Positions 19,385-30,202 of a DNA stretch of 64,000 nt are shown piece by piece. The stretch is taken from NCBI GenBank assembly GCA_012839805.1, contig DUMU01000033.1, positions 309 through 64,308 of the forward strand, written 5' to 3'. Each line of letters starts with the position of its first letter. Position 1 is the first letter of the stretch. Both the position numbers and the translations under genes were made by a program. The stretch comes from Bacillota bacterium. GTDB taxonomy: Bacteria; Bacillota; Limnochordia; Limnochordales; DUMU01. Below the pieces are notes generated by a model. It was not told where the DNA came from. It ran no database searches and was given only the letters and a program-made list of their open reading frames with translations.

Positions 19385-21010
19385 GTGACGATGGGGAAAG
19401 CTATGGGGTCTACGGTTTCGAACGGGCGTGCTTTTCTGGTGGAGATCACCGGCCTCAATCATGACGGGGAGGGCGTAGGGCGACTCCCGTCCACGGCGGG
19501 AGCGGGGGCGGGCAAGGCGGTCTTCGTGCCGGGAGCTCTTCCGGGCGAGCTGGTCTTGGCCAGGGTCGTGGAGGAGAAAGCACGCTATGCCCGGGCCGTC
19601 TTGATCGAGGTCAAGCAAGCGTCGCCGGACCGGGTTACTCCGGCCTGTCCCCTCTTTGGCGCCTGCGGTGGTTGCGCCCTGCAGCACCTGAGCTACGGGG
19701 CTGAACTGCGATGGAAGCGGCAGCTGGTGGCGGATGCTCTCGTTCACCTCGGAGGCTTTGCCGACCCGCCGGTGCAGGAGTGCATCGGTGCGGCTGAACC
19801 CAGCGGTTTCCGCAACAAGGTTCAGATGCCGGTAGCCCGTGGCCCCGCTCACGGGCCCGGCGAGAGGGAAGACATCAGCCGAGAGCCGGCTCATGACGCA
19901 AGCAAAGAGCGGGCGGTCGCCCACGAGCGGGCGACTTGGCCGCCGCGGCCGGGCGTCATTATGGGCTTTTACCGCCGCGGAACCCACGAGGTGGTCGATG
20001 TACGCGACTGTCTCGTACAGAGCGGGTTGAGCAACGCCCTGGCGGCGCGGGTTCGGGAACTCCTCCTGGAGTTGGCCGTGGAGCCGTACAACGAACAGAC
20101 CGGCGAAGGCCTGCTCCGCCACGTGCTGATCCGCGTCGGGCGACGGACGGATGAGGCACTGGTAGTGTTCGTGACCAGAGAGCGATCCTTCCCGGCGGGG
20201 GTGATCCTGGCTGAACGGTTGGCCCGGAGTTTCCCTGCTCTCGTCGGAGTGGTTCAGAACGTCAACCCCAACCGGGGAAACGTCATTCTCGGCCGTGAAG
20301 AGGTGCTGCTTTGGGGACGTCCCTATCTCAAGGAGATCTTGAAGGTCGGCGACCTGGAGCGGGCATTCCGCATCTCCGCTCGCAGTTTCTTCCAGGTCAA
20401 CAGCCAGCAGGCCGAATGGCTGGTGAGCCTCGTGCTAGAGGCTGCCCGACCTGCCGGCGGCCCGGGCAGTGCCGCTTCCCCGGCCCCCGGCCCTGCCCGT
20501 GGCCAAGCGCTCGACCTCTACTGCGGTGCCGGTACGCTTACCCTCTTTCTGGCGGCTCGCTTTGCCGAAGTGGTGGGCATCGAAGAGGTAGAGGAAGCCG
20601 TCGCCGACGGGCGGGCCAACGCCCGGCTGAACGGCCTGAAAAACGTTCGCTTCATCGCAGGTAAGGTGGAAGAGGTGCTACCGCGCCTGGCCGCGGGTAA
20701 AGGTGATCTGGTGCCGGAAGTGGTGGTGATCGATCCACCCCGGGCCGGGGTAGAGCGGGCCGCCCTGGCCGCCATCCGGCGGCTTGCTCCACCCCGGTTG
20801 GTATACGTTTCGTGTAACCCGGCAACTCTCGCTCGTGATCTGCGTTTCCTCACCGGCCAAGCGGATACTACCGGCCGGCAGTCACGAGCCCAACGCCGGG
20901 ACGGATCGGCGGATGGGCCTCTTTACCGTCTCGAACGGGTTACGCCCGTCGACATGTTTCCCCGGACCGCCCATGTCGAGTCGGTAGCCGCGCTCACCCG
21001 CCTGGATTAA
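19385..21010 (+). CDS. rlmD: 23S rRNA (uracil-5-)-methyltransferase, RumA/RlmD family (TRAM + SAM MTase)
   Basis: TRAM-like N-terminus. Fe-S Cys cluster CPLFGACGGCALQHLSY. SAM motif DLYCGAGTLTLFLA. Catalytic region VYVSCNPATLARDL. Several low-complexity inserts. Confidence 0.85.
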   Translation: MTMGKAMGSTVSNGRAFLVEITGLNHDGEGVGRLPSTAGAGAGKAVFVPGALPGELVLARVVEEKARYARAVLIEVKQASPDRVTPACPLFGACGGCALQHLSYGAELRWKRQLVADALVHLGGFADPPVQECIGAAEPSGFRNKVQMPVARGPAHGPGEREDISREPAHDASKERAVAHERATWPPRPGVIMGFYRRGTHEVVDVRDCLVQSGLSNALAARVRELLLELAVEPYNEQTGEGLLRHVLIRVGRRTDEALVVFVTRERSFPAGVILAERLARSFPALVGVVQNVNPNRGNVILGREEVLLWGRPYLKEILKVGDLERAFRISARSFFQVNSQQAEWLVSLVLEAARPAGGPGSAASPAPGPARGQALDLYCGAGTLTLFLAARFAEVVGIEEVEEAVADGRANARLNGLKNVRFIAGKVEEVLPRLAAGKGDLVPEVVVIDPPRAGVERAALAAIRRLAPPRLVYVSCNPATLARDLRFLTGQADTTGRQSRAQRRDGSADGPLYRLERVTPVDMFPRTAHVESVAALTRLD

Positions 21011-22023
21011 CCCTGCCCGCCAGGCGCTTCAGCTGCCGGTGGTTCCATGGCCGGAGGCCAGAACGTCTGGATCGTGGCCTTCGCCCGCAGCTGGCGAAGC
21101 CAGATGGGAACGATCTGGCGGATTCTGTCTTTCGTCAGTGTTTCGACTATCGCCCGGGATACCTCTTCGAGCTTGGCCGGAACGGCGGGCTTTTTCTCTT
21201 CGACCTGGATGATGTGGTAGCCATACTGGGTCTGGACCGGTTGGCTGATCGCACCTACCTCCAGGGCAAAGGCAGCCTCACTGAACTCGGGGACGAGCTG
21301 GTCGGCCGTGAGGAAGCCCAGCTCCCCGCCGTCGGCGGCGCTGCTTTCGTCTAACGAGTATTTCCGGGCCAGCTCGGCGAAGTCGGCGCCCTCTTCTAAC
21401 TGGGCCCGGATCTTCTCAGCTTCCTCCTTGGTCTTGACGAGGATGTGGCGGGCACGAACCTGCTCGGGCTGCCCGAGCTCGGCCTGGTGCTCGTCGAAGT
21501 AGGCCTTAACATCTTCGTCCGTTACGTTGACTTGCGGCGTCAGGAGACGGGTAACGAGCTCGTTGAGGAGTAGTTGACGTCGCAGCGACCGGTCCGAAAG
21601 GCCGGACTGTCTTAAGGCCTCCTGGTAATCGGCCTCCGTACTGAATTGGGCGCGGATCTGTGCCATCTTCTGTTCGATCACGGAGTCAGGTACGGAGACC
21701 CCGGCCGACTCCGCCGCCTGGAGGATGAGCTCTTCCGTGATCAACTGGTCGAGGACGCTCTCCCCGATGGCATCCAGCATGGCCTCGTAGAGGTCACGTT
21801 GGGTGATTATCCGGCCATTGACTATCGCCACCGGTTCCTCCCAAGCGCTCGCCACCGGTGACCCGGAGCCGCTTGAGGGGACGGGGGTCGGGACGGAGGT
21901 CTCAGAAGAGCTGGCTGCAGCTGCCCCGGTGAATGGGGCAAAAACTACCAGCCACAGGACGAGGGCGGGTATCGCCATAAGGGCTACGATAGCAAACCGG
22001 CTGAAGGAATGTTGCACATGCAA
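21007..22023 (-). CDS. parvulin-type peptidyl-prolyl isomerase, PrsA/SurA-like, membrane anchored
   Basis: N-terminal TM segment, a SurA_N-like region, and a rotamase core [35 protein letters not shown]...GGELGF. Confidence 0.8.
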   Translation of the reverse strand: MHVQHSFSRFAIVALMAIPALVLWLVVFAPFTGAAAASSSETSVPTPVPSSGSGSPVASAWEEPVAIVNGRIITQRDLYEAMLDAIGESVLDQLITEELILQAAESAGVSVPDSVIEQKMAQIRAQFSTEADYQEALRQSGLSDRSLRRQLLLNELVTRLLTPQVNVTDEDVKAYFDEHQAELGQPEQVRARHILVKTKEEAEKIRAQLEEGADFAELARKYSLDESSAADGGELGFLTADQLVPEFSEAAFALEVGAISQPVQTQYGYHIIQVEEKKPAVPAKLEEVSRAIVETLTKDRIRQIVPIWLRQLRAKATIQTFWPPAMEPPAAEAPGGQG

Positions 22024-22131
22024 GCTCCTTTCGTGTTACCGTATGCGGGAGACGAGTCTCGTCCCATTCTACCAGAGTCGGCGGTAGCTGCCACAGCTAC
22101 CGGGGACGTGGAGCGAAGGAGAGAGAAGGGA

Positions 22132-23211
22132 ATGCCTCACCGAGTAACGTTGATTCCGGGCGACGGGATCGGCCCGGAGCTTGCCCTGGCGGCACGGCGC
22201 GTCATCGACGCTACTGGCGTAGCCATCGAGTGGGAATTACAGGAAGCTGGAGAAGAAGTGATGGAGAAGTACGGAACCCCTCTGCCACCGGGGTTACTCG
22301 AATCCATAAGGCGTAACCGCGTAGCGTTGAAGGGTCCGATAACGACTCCGATCGGAACGGGCTTCCGCAGTGTCAACGTGGCTTTGCGCCACGAACTGAA
22401 CCTATATGCTTGTGTGCGTCCCTGCAAGCTCTACCCGGGGGTCCGCTCCCGCTATGAAAAGGTGGATCTCGTGATTATCCGCGAGAACACCGAGGACCTT
22501 TACGCGGGGGTCGAGTTCGAAGCCGGCTCGCCGGAGGCGCAGACCATCCGGAGTTTTGCCCCGGCCAAAATCGCTCCCGACGCGGCCATTTCGATCAAGC
22601 CCATCTCCATTACTGCCTCTCGGCGGATTGTACGCTTTGCGTTCGAGTACGCCCTGGCCCATGGCCGGCACAAAGTGACCGCGGTGGCCAAGGCGAACAT
22701 CATGAAGTATACTGACGGCCTCTTTTTCCGGGTGGCCCGGGAGGTAGCCGCCGAATATGCCGGGCGAGTGGAGTATGAGGAGAGGCTCGTCGACAACATG
22801 TGCATGCAGCTGGTTCAAAAGCCCGAACTTTACGACGTGCTGGTGCTTCCGAACCTCTACGGCGACATTCTCTCGGATCTCGCCGCGGGGTTGGTGGGAG
22901 GCCTGGGAGTCGCGCCGGGGGCGAACATCGGTGATGGCGTGGCCGTCTTCGAGCCAACCCACGGGTCGGCTCCCAAGTACAAGGGGCTGAATAAGGCCAA
23001 CCCCACCGCCCTCATCCTCTCCGGAGTCATGATGCTACGGCATCTGGGGGAGACGGAAGCGGCCGACCGGCTGGAACGGGCAGTAGCCGAGGTGATCCGG
23101 GAGGGCCGCTCCGTCACCTATGATCTCAAAGAAGATCGCAACGACCCCGGCGCCGCCGGTACCCAGGAAATGGCCGATGCCATCATTGCCAAGCTAGCCA
23201 CGTTGCCTTAG
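22132..23211 (+). CDS. beta-decarboxylating dehydrogenase, NAD-isocitrate-dehydrogenase-like (IDH versus homoisocitrate/isopropylmalate DH not resolved)
   Basis: Motifs [22 protein letters not shown] and [27 protein letters not shown] are present. ATG 22132 follows GAGAGAAGGGA. Confidence 0.85.
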   Translation: MPHRVTLIPGDGIGPELALAARRVIDATGVAIEWELQEAGEEVMEKYGTPLPPGLLESIRRNRVALKGPITTPIGTGFRSVNVALRHELNLYACVRPCKLYPGVRSRYEKVDLVIIRENTEDLYAGVEFEAGSPEAQTIRSFAPAKIAPDAAISIKPISITASRRIVRFAFEYALAHGRHKVTAVAKANIMKYTDGLFFRVAREVAAEYAGRVEYEERLVDNMCMQLVQKPELYDVLVLPNLYGDILSDLAAGLVGGLGVAPGANIGDGVAVFEPTHGSAPKYKGLNKANPTALILSGVMMLRHLGETEAADRLERAVAEVIREGRSVTYDLKEDRNDPGAAGTQEMADAIIAKLATLP

Positions 23212-23222
23212 CCATGCTTTCG

Positions 23223-23420
23223 CTAGTCGAAGATCACGTGGGTGAACGTGACGTCCATGAGCGTGAAGACGAAGGCCCAGCCACTGCCGAACACCAGGCC
23301 GCCGCGGATGGCCTCGGGCCACTCCCGATGCTGGCTGAAGTGAAGGTACACGGACCAAAGGACAGCGGAGACCGCACCTCCGGCGGCGACCGCGAAAATC
23401 GCAAACCAGTCCAACGACAT
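23223..23420 (-). CDS. small two-TM membrane protein (65 aa), candidate partner or immunity protein of the upstream gene
   Basis: ORF MSLDWFAIFAVAAGGAVSAVLWSVYLHF...GGLVFGSGWAFVFTLMDV. It lies 117 nt downstream of and co-oriented with 23538..24152. Confidence 0.45.
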   Translation of the reverse strand: MSLDWFAIFAVAAGGAVSAVLWSVYLHFSQHREWPEAIRGGLVFGSGWAFVFTLMDVTFTHVIFD

Positions 23421-23537
23421 CCCTCCGTTCTTGGCTCACGGGACGACCGCCTGCTGGTCGTCCCGTGGGCCAGGCTGCGCTTCTGACTTGCCACTACCTG
23501 CCGGCCGCATACCCGGAGGGCCGGATCGGCAGGCAGG

Positions 23538-24152
23538 TTACCATCCGAACCAGTCCGAGATCCATCCACCAACCGTACCTATCACTGAACCTCCCACGTT
23601 GCGGGCTGCCTCTGCCAGCCAGGAATTACCGGGGATGAAGCTCATGGCAGCTCCGCTAACGAAACCGGTGCCTACGGCCGCCCCGAATCCGGCCCAGCTC
23701 CAGTGACCGTCTTTCCAGGCGTCCAGCCCGTAAGAGACGGCTCCGGACAGGGCGCCCAATCCGCCGGCGACGAGGCTGGGATGGACGCCACCTTCGTACT
23801 GGGCCATGGCGGCTTCATCAAGTACTTCGACTTCACCCGCGAAGTCCTGCAAAGCGGGAGGCAGAGATGGGGGAGGGCTACCGGGGCAGATCATGATGGG
23901 CAGGCGGGGGACGGGTATCACGGGCGGACGGAGGAAGGGTGGGGTGATGACGGGAGGCTTGACCGGCGGTCGCAACGGCGGCTTCACCTGCCCGACCAAC
24001 GCTGCTCCGCTGGCACGAACCACCAAGGTCGAGAAACTGATAGGAGCTACCAGGACACCCATCACTACGATCAGACTGGTTATTCGTCGGAAGGCCAGGC
24101 TGTCAAGGAATCGGCCACGGCGCATAAGGGCTGCCTCCTTCGTTTTTGGCAT
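23538..24152 (-). CDS. secreted or anchored protein: N-terminal TM/signal, Pro-rich linker, double-glycine-leader-like motif, C-terminal glycine-zipper (class II bacteriocin-like) domain
   Basis: Domain order along the protein: SLIVVMGVLVAPISF, then KPPLRPPVKPPVITPPFLRPPVIPVP, then EVLDEAAMAQYEGG, then VHPSLVAGGLGALSGAVSYGLDAWKDGHWSWAGFGAAVGTGFVSGAAMSF...GGSVIGTVGGWISDWFGW. Confidence 0.5.
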   Translation of the reverse strand: MPKTKEAALMRRGRFLDSLAFRRITSLIVVMGVLVAPISFSTLVVRASGAALVGQVKPPLRPPVKPPVITPPFLRPPVIPVPRLPIMICPGSPPPSLPPALQDFAGEVEVLDEAAMAQYEGGVHPSLVAGGLGALSGAVSYGLDAWKDGHWSWAGFGAAVGTGFVSGAAMSFIPGNSWLAEAARNVGGSVIGTVGGWISDWFGW

Positions 24153-24505
24153 TGGTGGTATTAGCGGTCGACGGTGGCGCTTCGTGTCCCGGACGGTGGC
24201 CGATCATTCGTGCAAGCGGCAAGTTCAGCTTAGCATGCGATGGCAGATAATGTAAAATCCGCCCCTCCGGTCTGGTAGGCGCTGGAAGTCCGGTGGGCCG
24301 GCAGAACGTATCGGGGCACGCGCTGGCTTCTCTTTCCGCTACCGGAGAGGGTGAACTGGGTGCGGTGGCAAACGTTGGTTATGCAGCCACAGATACAGAC
24401 GCTTTCATCCCAGGAGGAGATTGCCGGCTAAAGGCGAAAGTTTCAACAGAACGGCCCGGGTGCCCGCAGGCCGGGCCGTCCCATCAAGAATCCGGGAGGT
24501 GTCTT

Positions 24506-25264
24506 ATGGTGAAGCGTGTCGTGCCGATCCTGTTGGCGTCGTTCCTCGTGGTCGGGGCCGGGTCGTTCGCGTTCGCCGCCGAGGTGGCCGTGTTAAACAG
24601 CCAGCGGACCGCGGACTGGTACAGTGAGGTTGGTTGGGATTACGAGGCAGACATGGCGTTGCTTCGTTCAACGCTGGAAGCTGGTGGCTTCGCCTATACC
24701 GAAATCAGCGTGGAAGACCTGGAAGCCGGCAACCTGGGCAACGCGAAAGTACTGATCCTGCCCAATACGCGTCGTATGTCCCAGGCGGAGGTTGACCAGG
24801 TGAAGGCGTTCCTGGGGCGCGGTGGCAAGCTTTTTGCCATAGGCCAGGCCTCCTTCCGTAACGAAGCCAACAAGAAGGTGCGGGATGAGTCGTACCTCTT
24901 GGCCGACGAGATGGGCCTGTCATGGGTGACTTGGTCCGGCTCCGCCCCGAAGCACGCGTATGCCAAAGTCGTGGCCAAGGACCATCCCATCTTCCAGGGC
25001 CTGCCTGAGTTCATCCAGTTCCCGCGTTACTGGGCCATGGTCAATGAGGTCCGGGGAGGGGCTAAGATCCTGGCGGAGTGGTACGACGACGACCAGGTGA
25101 CCCCATCGCAGGCCGTTCCGGAGCGAAACGGAGCGATTGTGGAAGGGCCCGGCGGGAACGTCATCTACATCGGAGACATGATCTTTACTCCTGGTGGTAC
25201 GGATGCCCTTCCCGACCTCCAGAAGCTGGCGATCAACATCATCCGGTATCTCTTGAATAAGTAG
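24506..25264 (+). CDS. secreted hypothetical protein (ThuA / class-I glutamine-amidotransferase-like fold suspected)
   Basis: ATG 24506 lies behind GGGAGGTG. Signal peptide MVKRVVPILLASFLVVGAGSFAFA. The segment AKVLILPNTRRMSQAEVDQVKAFLGRGGKLFAIG is present. Confidence 0.55.
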   Translation: MVKRVVPILLASFLVVGAGSFAFAAEVAVLNSQRTADWYSEVGWDYEADMALLRSTLEAGGFAYTEISVEDLEAGNLGNAKVLILPNTRRMSQAEVDQVKAFLGRGGKLFAIGQASFRNEANKKVRDESYLLADEMGLSWVTWSGSAPKHAYAKVVAKDHPIFQGLPEFIQFPRYWAMVNEVRGGAKILAEWYDDDQVTPSQAVPERNGAIVEGPGGNVIYIGDMIFTPGGTDALPDLQKLAINIIRYLLNK

Positions 25265-25295
25265 CCGGCCAAGTGTCGTTAAGGAGGATGCAAGG

Positions 25296-26702
25296 ATGCC
25301 TGACCGTCCTGGTCGCCGCCCGGCCAAGTCGCCCGTCCAAATATTCGCGGGCCTGACGGTTCTCGGGATGACCGCGTTAGCAGCCCTTGGCCTGTCTTTC
25401 ACCAGCGGGGGGGCGATCGCTTTGGCGCAGGAAGAGACAGCGGGGCCGGCAGTATCGGGGGTAACGGGATCGCAGACGCCCGCGGCAGCACCAAAGCCCC
25501 AGGAAATCCGGGCACTCTGGGTGGTCCGTACCGCCCTCACGAGCGAGTACTCCATTGAACAGGTAGTAGAGGATGCGGTCGCCAACGGCTTTAATACCCT
25601 GATCGCCCAGGTTTCCGGACGGGGAGACGCTTATTTCAAGTCGGAGACGATGCCTCCGGCGGAGGAGCTGATCTGGGCGCCGGCCGACTTCGATCCCCTC
25701 TCCTACCTGCTGCAACTGGCCCACGCCCGCGGCCTGCAAGTGCATGCCTGGCTCAACGACTTCTTCGTCTACAACCTGGGCGGGACACCGGCCTGGCCCC
25801 AGCACGTCGTAAACCAGCACCCCGACTGGATTACCTACAACTACCAGGGGGTTAGTACTGCCGATCCTTCTCTGGCCGTCAATCGTCCCGGAGATCTCGA
25901 GGGAGCATACGTCGACCCGGGGTTGCCGGAAGTCCGGGAGTGGGTCGTCTCCCGTTTTGTAGAAGTGGTGAAGAAATACCCGGTCGACGGGATCCACCAC
26001 GATTTCGTCCGCTATCCCGGCCGCAACTACGGGTACAACCCACGGGTGCGGGAGATCTTCAAGGAGCAGTACGGGGTAGATCCGATCGATCTGCGCCAGC
26101 GCCGCACCGAGCTGAGGGAGGAGTTGGGCGCGGCCAAGGTTGGCCAGCTGGATGTAGCCTGGGAGAAGTTTCGCCGCAGCAACGTGACCGAGACGGTCCG
26201 CATGGTCCACGACGCGGTGAAGGCGATCCGGCCGGATATCGTTATCTCGGCGGCGGTCTTCGCCGACATCAACCAGGCCGTTAGCGACAAGGCTCAGGAT
26301 TGGCCTACCTGGCTGAAGGAAGGGCTGATCGATGTCGCGGTTCCCATGGCTTATAACACCAACAGCCCGCTGGTGGAGTCGCAGGTCCGGATGGCCGTCG
26401 CCCGCAAGGGCCAGGGCCAGATATGGGCGGGCTTGGGTGCTTACAAGATGCTCGGCGACCTGCCCCGGCTGGTCGATCAGACCGAACGGGTGCGCCGGGC
26501 GGGGGTAACCGGCATCGTCTACTTCGATTACGGTTCGATGGCGAACATGCCCGGGTATATCGCCAGCCTTGCGAACCAGGTCGGTTTCCTGCCGGTGCCG
26601 GTGCCGGCCGGCACTCCGGAGGATTCGAAATCTCCTGGGGAAGGCCAGGCCGAACCGGGGGCATCGGCGTCACCGCCCGACCCAGGTAACAGCGGAAACT
26701 AA
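25296..26702 (+). CDS. glycoside-hydrolase-like family 10 protein (GHL10 / DUF187, YngK-like), secreted
   Basis: Motifs IRALWVVRTALTS...NGFNTLIAQVSGRGDAYFKS, HAWLN and GIHHDFVRYP are present, with an N-terminal signal or anchor. Confidence 0.75.
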   Translation: MPDRPGRRPAKSPVQIFAGLTVLGMTALAALGLSFTSGGAIALAQEETAGPAVSGVTGSQTPAAAPKPQEIRALWVVRTALTSEYSIEQVVEDAVANGFNTLIAQVSGRGDAYFKSETMPPAEELIWAPADFDPLSYLLQLAHARGLQVHAWLNDFFVYNLGGTPAWPQHVVNQHPDWITYNYQGVSTADPSLAVNRPGDLEGAYVDPGLPEVREWVVSRFVEVVKKYPVDGIHHDFVRYPGRNYGYNPRVREIFKEQYGVDPIDLRQRRTELREELGAAKVGQLDVAWEKFRRSNVTETVRMVHDAVKAIRPDIVISAAVFADINQAVSDKAQDWPTWLKEGLIDVAVPMAYNTNSPLVESQVRMAVARKGQGQIWAGLGAYKMLGDLPRLVDQTERVRRAGVTGIVYFDYGSMANMPGYIASLANQVGFLPVPVPAGTPEDSKSPGEGQAEPGASASPPDPGNSGN

Positions 26703-26738
26703 GGCCGGGTCAAGGAAAATGGGTCAAGGAAAAAGGGC

Positions 26739-26780
26739 GACGAGGGAGGGGCCGGCATTCCGCCCGGCTTCTCCCTCGTC
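26739..26780. terminator. long GC hairpin between convergent genes (putative bidirectional terminator)
   Basis: Outer arms GACGAGGGAG / CTCCCTCGTC enclose an inner GCCGG...CCGGC pairing. It is preceded by a 14-bp tandem duplication, gggtcaaggaaaa(t) x2, at 26707-26733. Confidence 0.45.
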
Positions 26781-26840
26781 ATTGCTGTTCAGCACGGTAG
26801 CGCTGCTAGCGTATTTTCTCACCGATCCGGCGACTCCAAC

Positions 26841-27140
26841 TCAAACCACGGTGAAAACGGCGGGCTGGGCCTGGGACATCTCTCCGGACGGGGTGTAAGC
26901 GTAAAAGAAAATCTGGTACTGTCCCGGCGGGGCTTCCCACGGAACCTGGACTTCAGCGGCGAACCGCTCCCCGTTCCCGTAAATCGGATAACGGATCCCG
27001 TAACCGGCAACCTCCGCCTCGATTCGTGACACCGGCGGCGCCCCCGAGGATATCCTGATCTCTACCCGGACGGGGCTCCCCGGCGATGCGCTGGTCGGCA
27101 CGATGGAGAGCGTACCGGGAAATGCGAACCCCTGGCTCAT
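26841..27140 (-). CDS. small hypothetical protein (about 99 aa, Ig-like beta-sandwich suspected)
   Basis: ATG 27140 lies behind AAAGGGG at 8 nt. It is co-oriented with and just downstream of the SpoIID-domain gene. The track ORF extends to 27233. Confidence 0.4.
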   Translation of the reverse strand: MSQGFAFPGTLSIVPTSASPGSPVRVEIRISSGAPPVSRIEAEVAGYGIRYPIYGNGERFAAEVQVPWEAPPGQYQIFFYAYTPSGEMSQAQPAVFTVV

Positions 27141-27229
27141 CTTTTCTACCCCTTTCTCGCTCATCTTCCTTACCCGCTTTTTCTTCAGCGGGTGGTCGCT
27201 CCACCCAGGCGGAATTCCCCGCCTTGCGG

Positions 27230-28867
27230 TCAACTCCTTCCCTCATCTGCTCCCGCGTGGCTTTGAACCGGAATGAGCTCGGTCCCCGGGAAGTAGCGGG
27301 CGAGGATTTCGGGGTAGGTGAATCCCTGGCGCGCCATACCGTCGGCGCCGTACTGCGACATTCCCACGCCGTGCCCGTAACCGGTGCCTCGAACTATCAC
27401 CTTGCGCAACCCGGGCGTCGGAGTGGCCTCCGGCAGGTCGCGCTCGAAGTCGAAAACCGCAGCTGAGCTCGGTAACAGGCTGCCCTGGGGAGTCGCCAGG
27501 AGCCGGCGGATGTTCAACTCGCCGGTCACTTCCCATCTCCCGCGGGTCGTCAAGATCTCGAGTTCGAGGATCCGCCCCGATACCCCCCGGCGCCGGGCCA
27601 CGATGTCGAGCAGTTCACCCAAGTCGTCGCCGGTCTCCGAGCCGGTCTCTCCGGCCGGTCGTGCCGGCTCGACCGCGGCCGAGGCCGGTGCCGAGGCCAG
27701 AACGGAGGCCGGGCCAGGTACCGGCGCCGGCTCTTCGGTCGCGATGAACCGGACCGCCGAAGCCGGCAACTGCTTCAGCGTACGGGCCAGGGTGGCTTCC
27801 AGTTCCTCACGGGTCCACTCATACTCCCACCGGTAATATGGTGAACGGTCGTCAAACGACGGGGGACTGTCCTCTAGAAACTGGCGAAAACGCTCTTCCG
27901 AGTCAAAATCGCCCCACTCGGCCCGGTCGGGTGTTCCCGTCAAGTAAGGCGGTGAGATGGCACTCGCGACCCGGTCGGCCGAACCCCAGGCAAGGGCGGA
28001 AGACTCGGTGTGACCTCCCGCCGTGGACGAATAATACGTAGGTATCAGCCTTCCCCGGTAGGTCAGGACTTCACCGGCGGTCTCGGCCACCGCGGCGTCA
28101 CTTTTCGGCTGTTCGACGTTGACGCCGTCGTAAGCCTGGCAGGCCGTGCCGTCGTGCAGGTAGGCCAGCCCGTTGAGGTAGGAGCGGGTTCCGTAAAGGA
28201 CCTCGTGAACCGCATACGTCCGGGCCACCACGGCCTGGGCTTCCAGCGCCGCGGGCAGGAAGGAGTTGGGTGGCATCTCCAGCGGAACGACCCCCCGCAG
28301 GTAAGATTCGAGTCCCACTATGTTCACCAGCCACCACCCCCCCTTGGGAGCCGGCACGACCAGCGCCCCTCCCCGGTAGCGGGCCAAGGAGTCTTTCTTT
28401 CCTCGTCGGAGCTCGATTATGCCCACCGGCTCTTCGGGTTGACGCGCGAGTACGAGAAGACCCGCGGTCGAGGGCATTGATTGCTGGCTCGCCCGGAAGG
28501 GTTCTCCCGGGGCGGTTTCTACCACCGCCTCGCCTGAACGGGGGTCAACCACCACCAACCCGGGCGGGGCAACGAAAGTCAGGCTCGGGTGCTCGAACAC
28601 GGGTTGCAGACCCCCGGAGCGGCTGATGGCGACGGCAAGTAGCGGTTCATCGGGCGCGTGAAGCAGGCTGAGCCAGCCCGCCACCGCCTCGTTGGTGCCA
28701 AGCAAATCTGGCAGGAGTGGCCGTTGCGCCCTTGCGACCTTATGCGAGGTGCGCGGCGAAAGAAAAGCAAACCCCAGTACGATCACGGTGAAGGCCAGCT
28801 TCGCGATGGGTATAGGTCTTCGCGTTCCGGGACGATCCCTCGCATGCTTTGGCATCGGGAAGGTCAA
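27230..28867 (-). CDS. SpoIID/LytB-domain protein (lytic-transglycosylase-like, sporulation or cell-wall remodelling)
   Basis: Motifs [29 protein letters not shown] and [15 protein letters not shown] are present, with an N-terminal TM anchor and a low-complexity insert. Confidence 0.85.
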   Translation of the reverse strand: MTFPMPKHARDRPGTRRPIPIAKLAFTVIVLGFAFLSPRTSHKVARAQRPLLPDLLGTNEAVAGWLSLLHAPDEPLLAVAISRSGGLQPVFEHPSLTFVAPPGLVVVDPRSGEAVVETAPGEPFRASQQSMPSTAGLLVLARQPEEPVGIIELRRGKKDSLARYRGGALVVPAPKGGWWLVNIVGLESYLRGVVPLEMPPNSFLPAALEAQAVVARTYAVHEVLYGTRSYLNGLAYLHDGTACQAYDGVNVEQPKSDAAVAETAGEVLTYRGRLIPTYYSSTAGGHTESSALAWGSADRVASAISPPYLTGTPDRAEWGDFDSEERFRQFLEDSPPSFDDRSPYYRWEYEWTREELEATLARTLKQLPASAVRFIATEEPAPVPGPASVLASAPASAAVEPARPAGETGSETGDDLGELLDIVARRRGVSGRILELEILTTRGRWEVTGELNIRRLLATPQGSLLPSSAAVFDFERDLPEATPTPGLRKVIVRGTGYGHGVGMSQYGADGMARQGFTYPEILARYFPGTELIPVQSHAGADEGRS

Positions 28868-28955
28868 ACTCCTTCACAGAAGACAACGGCCGCAACGGCC
28901 GGCTTTCATCACTTTCTTGAACTGGAAGCGGAATTCCTCCGGGAGGCCAACCGCG

Positions 28956-29786
28956 ATGCGCTGGCGGGACGTGAATCCGGGGCGGGACGGGGAAGGGCCG
29001 ATCATGCCGGGTGAGTTGGGTATCACCTGGAGCGGCGGCGACCGGGTGACGCGCCGCGTTTATGGCGAAGCGGTGCCGGCAGCCACGGCCGAGCAGCTGC
29101 GGCTCGAAACCACGCAGCAACTGGGCCAATCGCAGGCCCCGCCGCCCCCCGAGTCGGACATTCACGTCCTGTCCATCATCGGGCAGGTGGAGGGGCACTT
29201 TGCCCTGCCACCCAAGAACAAGACTACCAAGTACGAACACCTGATTCCCCAGCTCGTCGCCATCGAGCAGAGCCAGCGGATCAAGGGACTACTGGTGCTG
29301 CTCAACACTGTGGGTGGAGATATCGAGGCAGGATTGGCCATCGCCGAGATGATCCGCTCCCTGAGCAAGCCGAAAGTCTCGCTGATCCTCGGGGGTGGCC
29401 ATTCCATCGGGGTTCCCATCGCCGTGGCTGCCGACTATTCCTTCATCGCACCTACCGCCAGCATGACCATCCACCCGGTGCGCCTGACCGGCTTGGTGGT
29501 GGGTGTGCCCCAGATGCTCGACTACCTCGACAAGGTTCAAGAAAGGATCATACGGTTCATCACCGACAACTCCCGTATCTCCAAGGAAAAGCTGCGGGAG
29601 CTGATGTTCCGTACCGGCGACCTGGTACGGGATGTGGGGTCGGTGGTGGTGGGCAGCGAAGCCGTGGAAGCCGGCCTGATCGATGCCGTAGGCGGGATTT
29701 CCGAAGCGCTGGCAAAGCTGCGTGAGTTAATAGGAAAGGCCGGCGAGGAGAAGGCGGCGGCCAGGCCCGGGGGAGAGGCGGGGTAA
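28956..29786 (+). CDS. tepA: translocation-enhancing protein TepA (ClpP-family, YmfB-like)
   Basis: Near-colinear with my recollection of Bacillus TepA: [34 protein letters not shown]...[18 protein letters not shown]...[12 protein letters not shown]...[13 protein letters not shown] 28956 follows GGGAGG. Confidence 0.85.
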   Translation: MRWRDVNPGRDGEGPIMPGELGITWSGGDRVTRRVYGEAVPAATAEQLRLETTQQLGQSQAPPPPESDIHVLSIIGQVEGHFALPPKNKTTKYEHLIPQLVAIEQSQRIKGLLVLLNTVGGDIEAGLAIAEMIRSLSKPKVSLILGGGHSIGVPIAVAADYSFIAPTASMTIHPVRLTGLVVGVPQMLDYLDKVQERIIRFITDNSRISKEKLRELMFRTGDLVRDVGSVVVGSEAVEAGLIDAVGGISEALAKLRELIGKAGEEKAAARPGGEAG

Positions 29787-29794
29787 CGGACGCC

Positions 29795-30109
29795 ATGTGG
29801 TATACGATCGTGCCTTCTGAGATGCTCCTTGATGAGGGGCTGGAACCGGTTGCCCCCTGGGTGGATCAGCCGATATACCTGCCGTTCGAAGACGATGAAT
29901 CGTCCGGGGCTTCTGGCGGCCCCAGCCGTGCGTCCCAGGTCATGACGGAGGCCGAGCGTGAGATCAGACTGGGAGACGTCCTGCTCGTGGTCGAGCCGCT
30001 TCCTGACGATCCGTGCGGCCGCTACCGGGTGGTGCGCGTTGTCAGCAGCAATCCTCAGGCCTACCTGCACCCGTTCTACCAGCCGGGCATGATCTGGCCC
30101 TTCGCCTAG
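29795..30109 (+). CDS. ylzJ: YlzJ-like protein
   Basis: 104-aa ORF immediately after tepA, as in Bacilli. It starts MWYTIVP...E and ends ...SNPQAYLHPFYQPG. Confidence 0.65.
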   Translation: MWYTIVPSEMLLDEGLEPVAPWVDQPIYLPFEDDESSGASGGPSRASQVMTEAEREIRLGDVLLVVEPLPDDPCGRYRVVRVVSSNPQAYLHPFYQPGMIWPFA

Positions 30110-30202
30110 GTTCGCCTAGGTCGAGTTCTTCCCGGCCTTCCAGGCTGCGTACCATCAGGCGAAGGATCGTGAACTCCATTCGAGGATGGTGAACTCTCCT
30201 CG

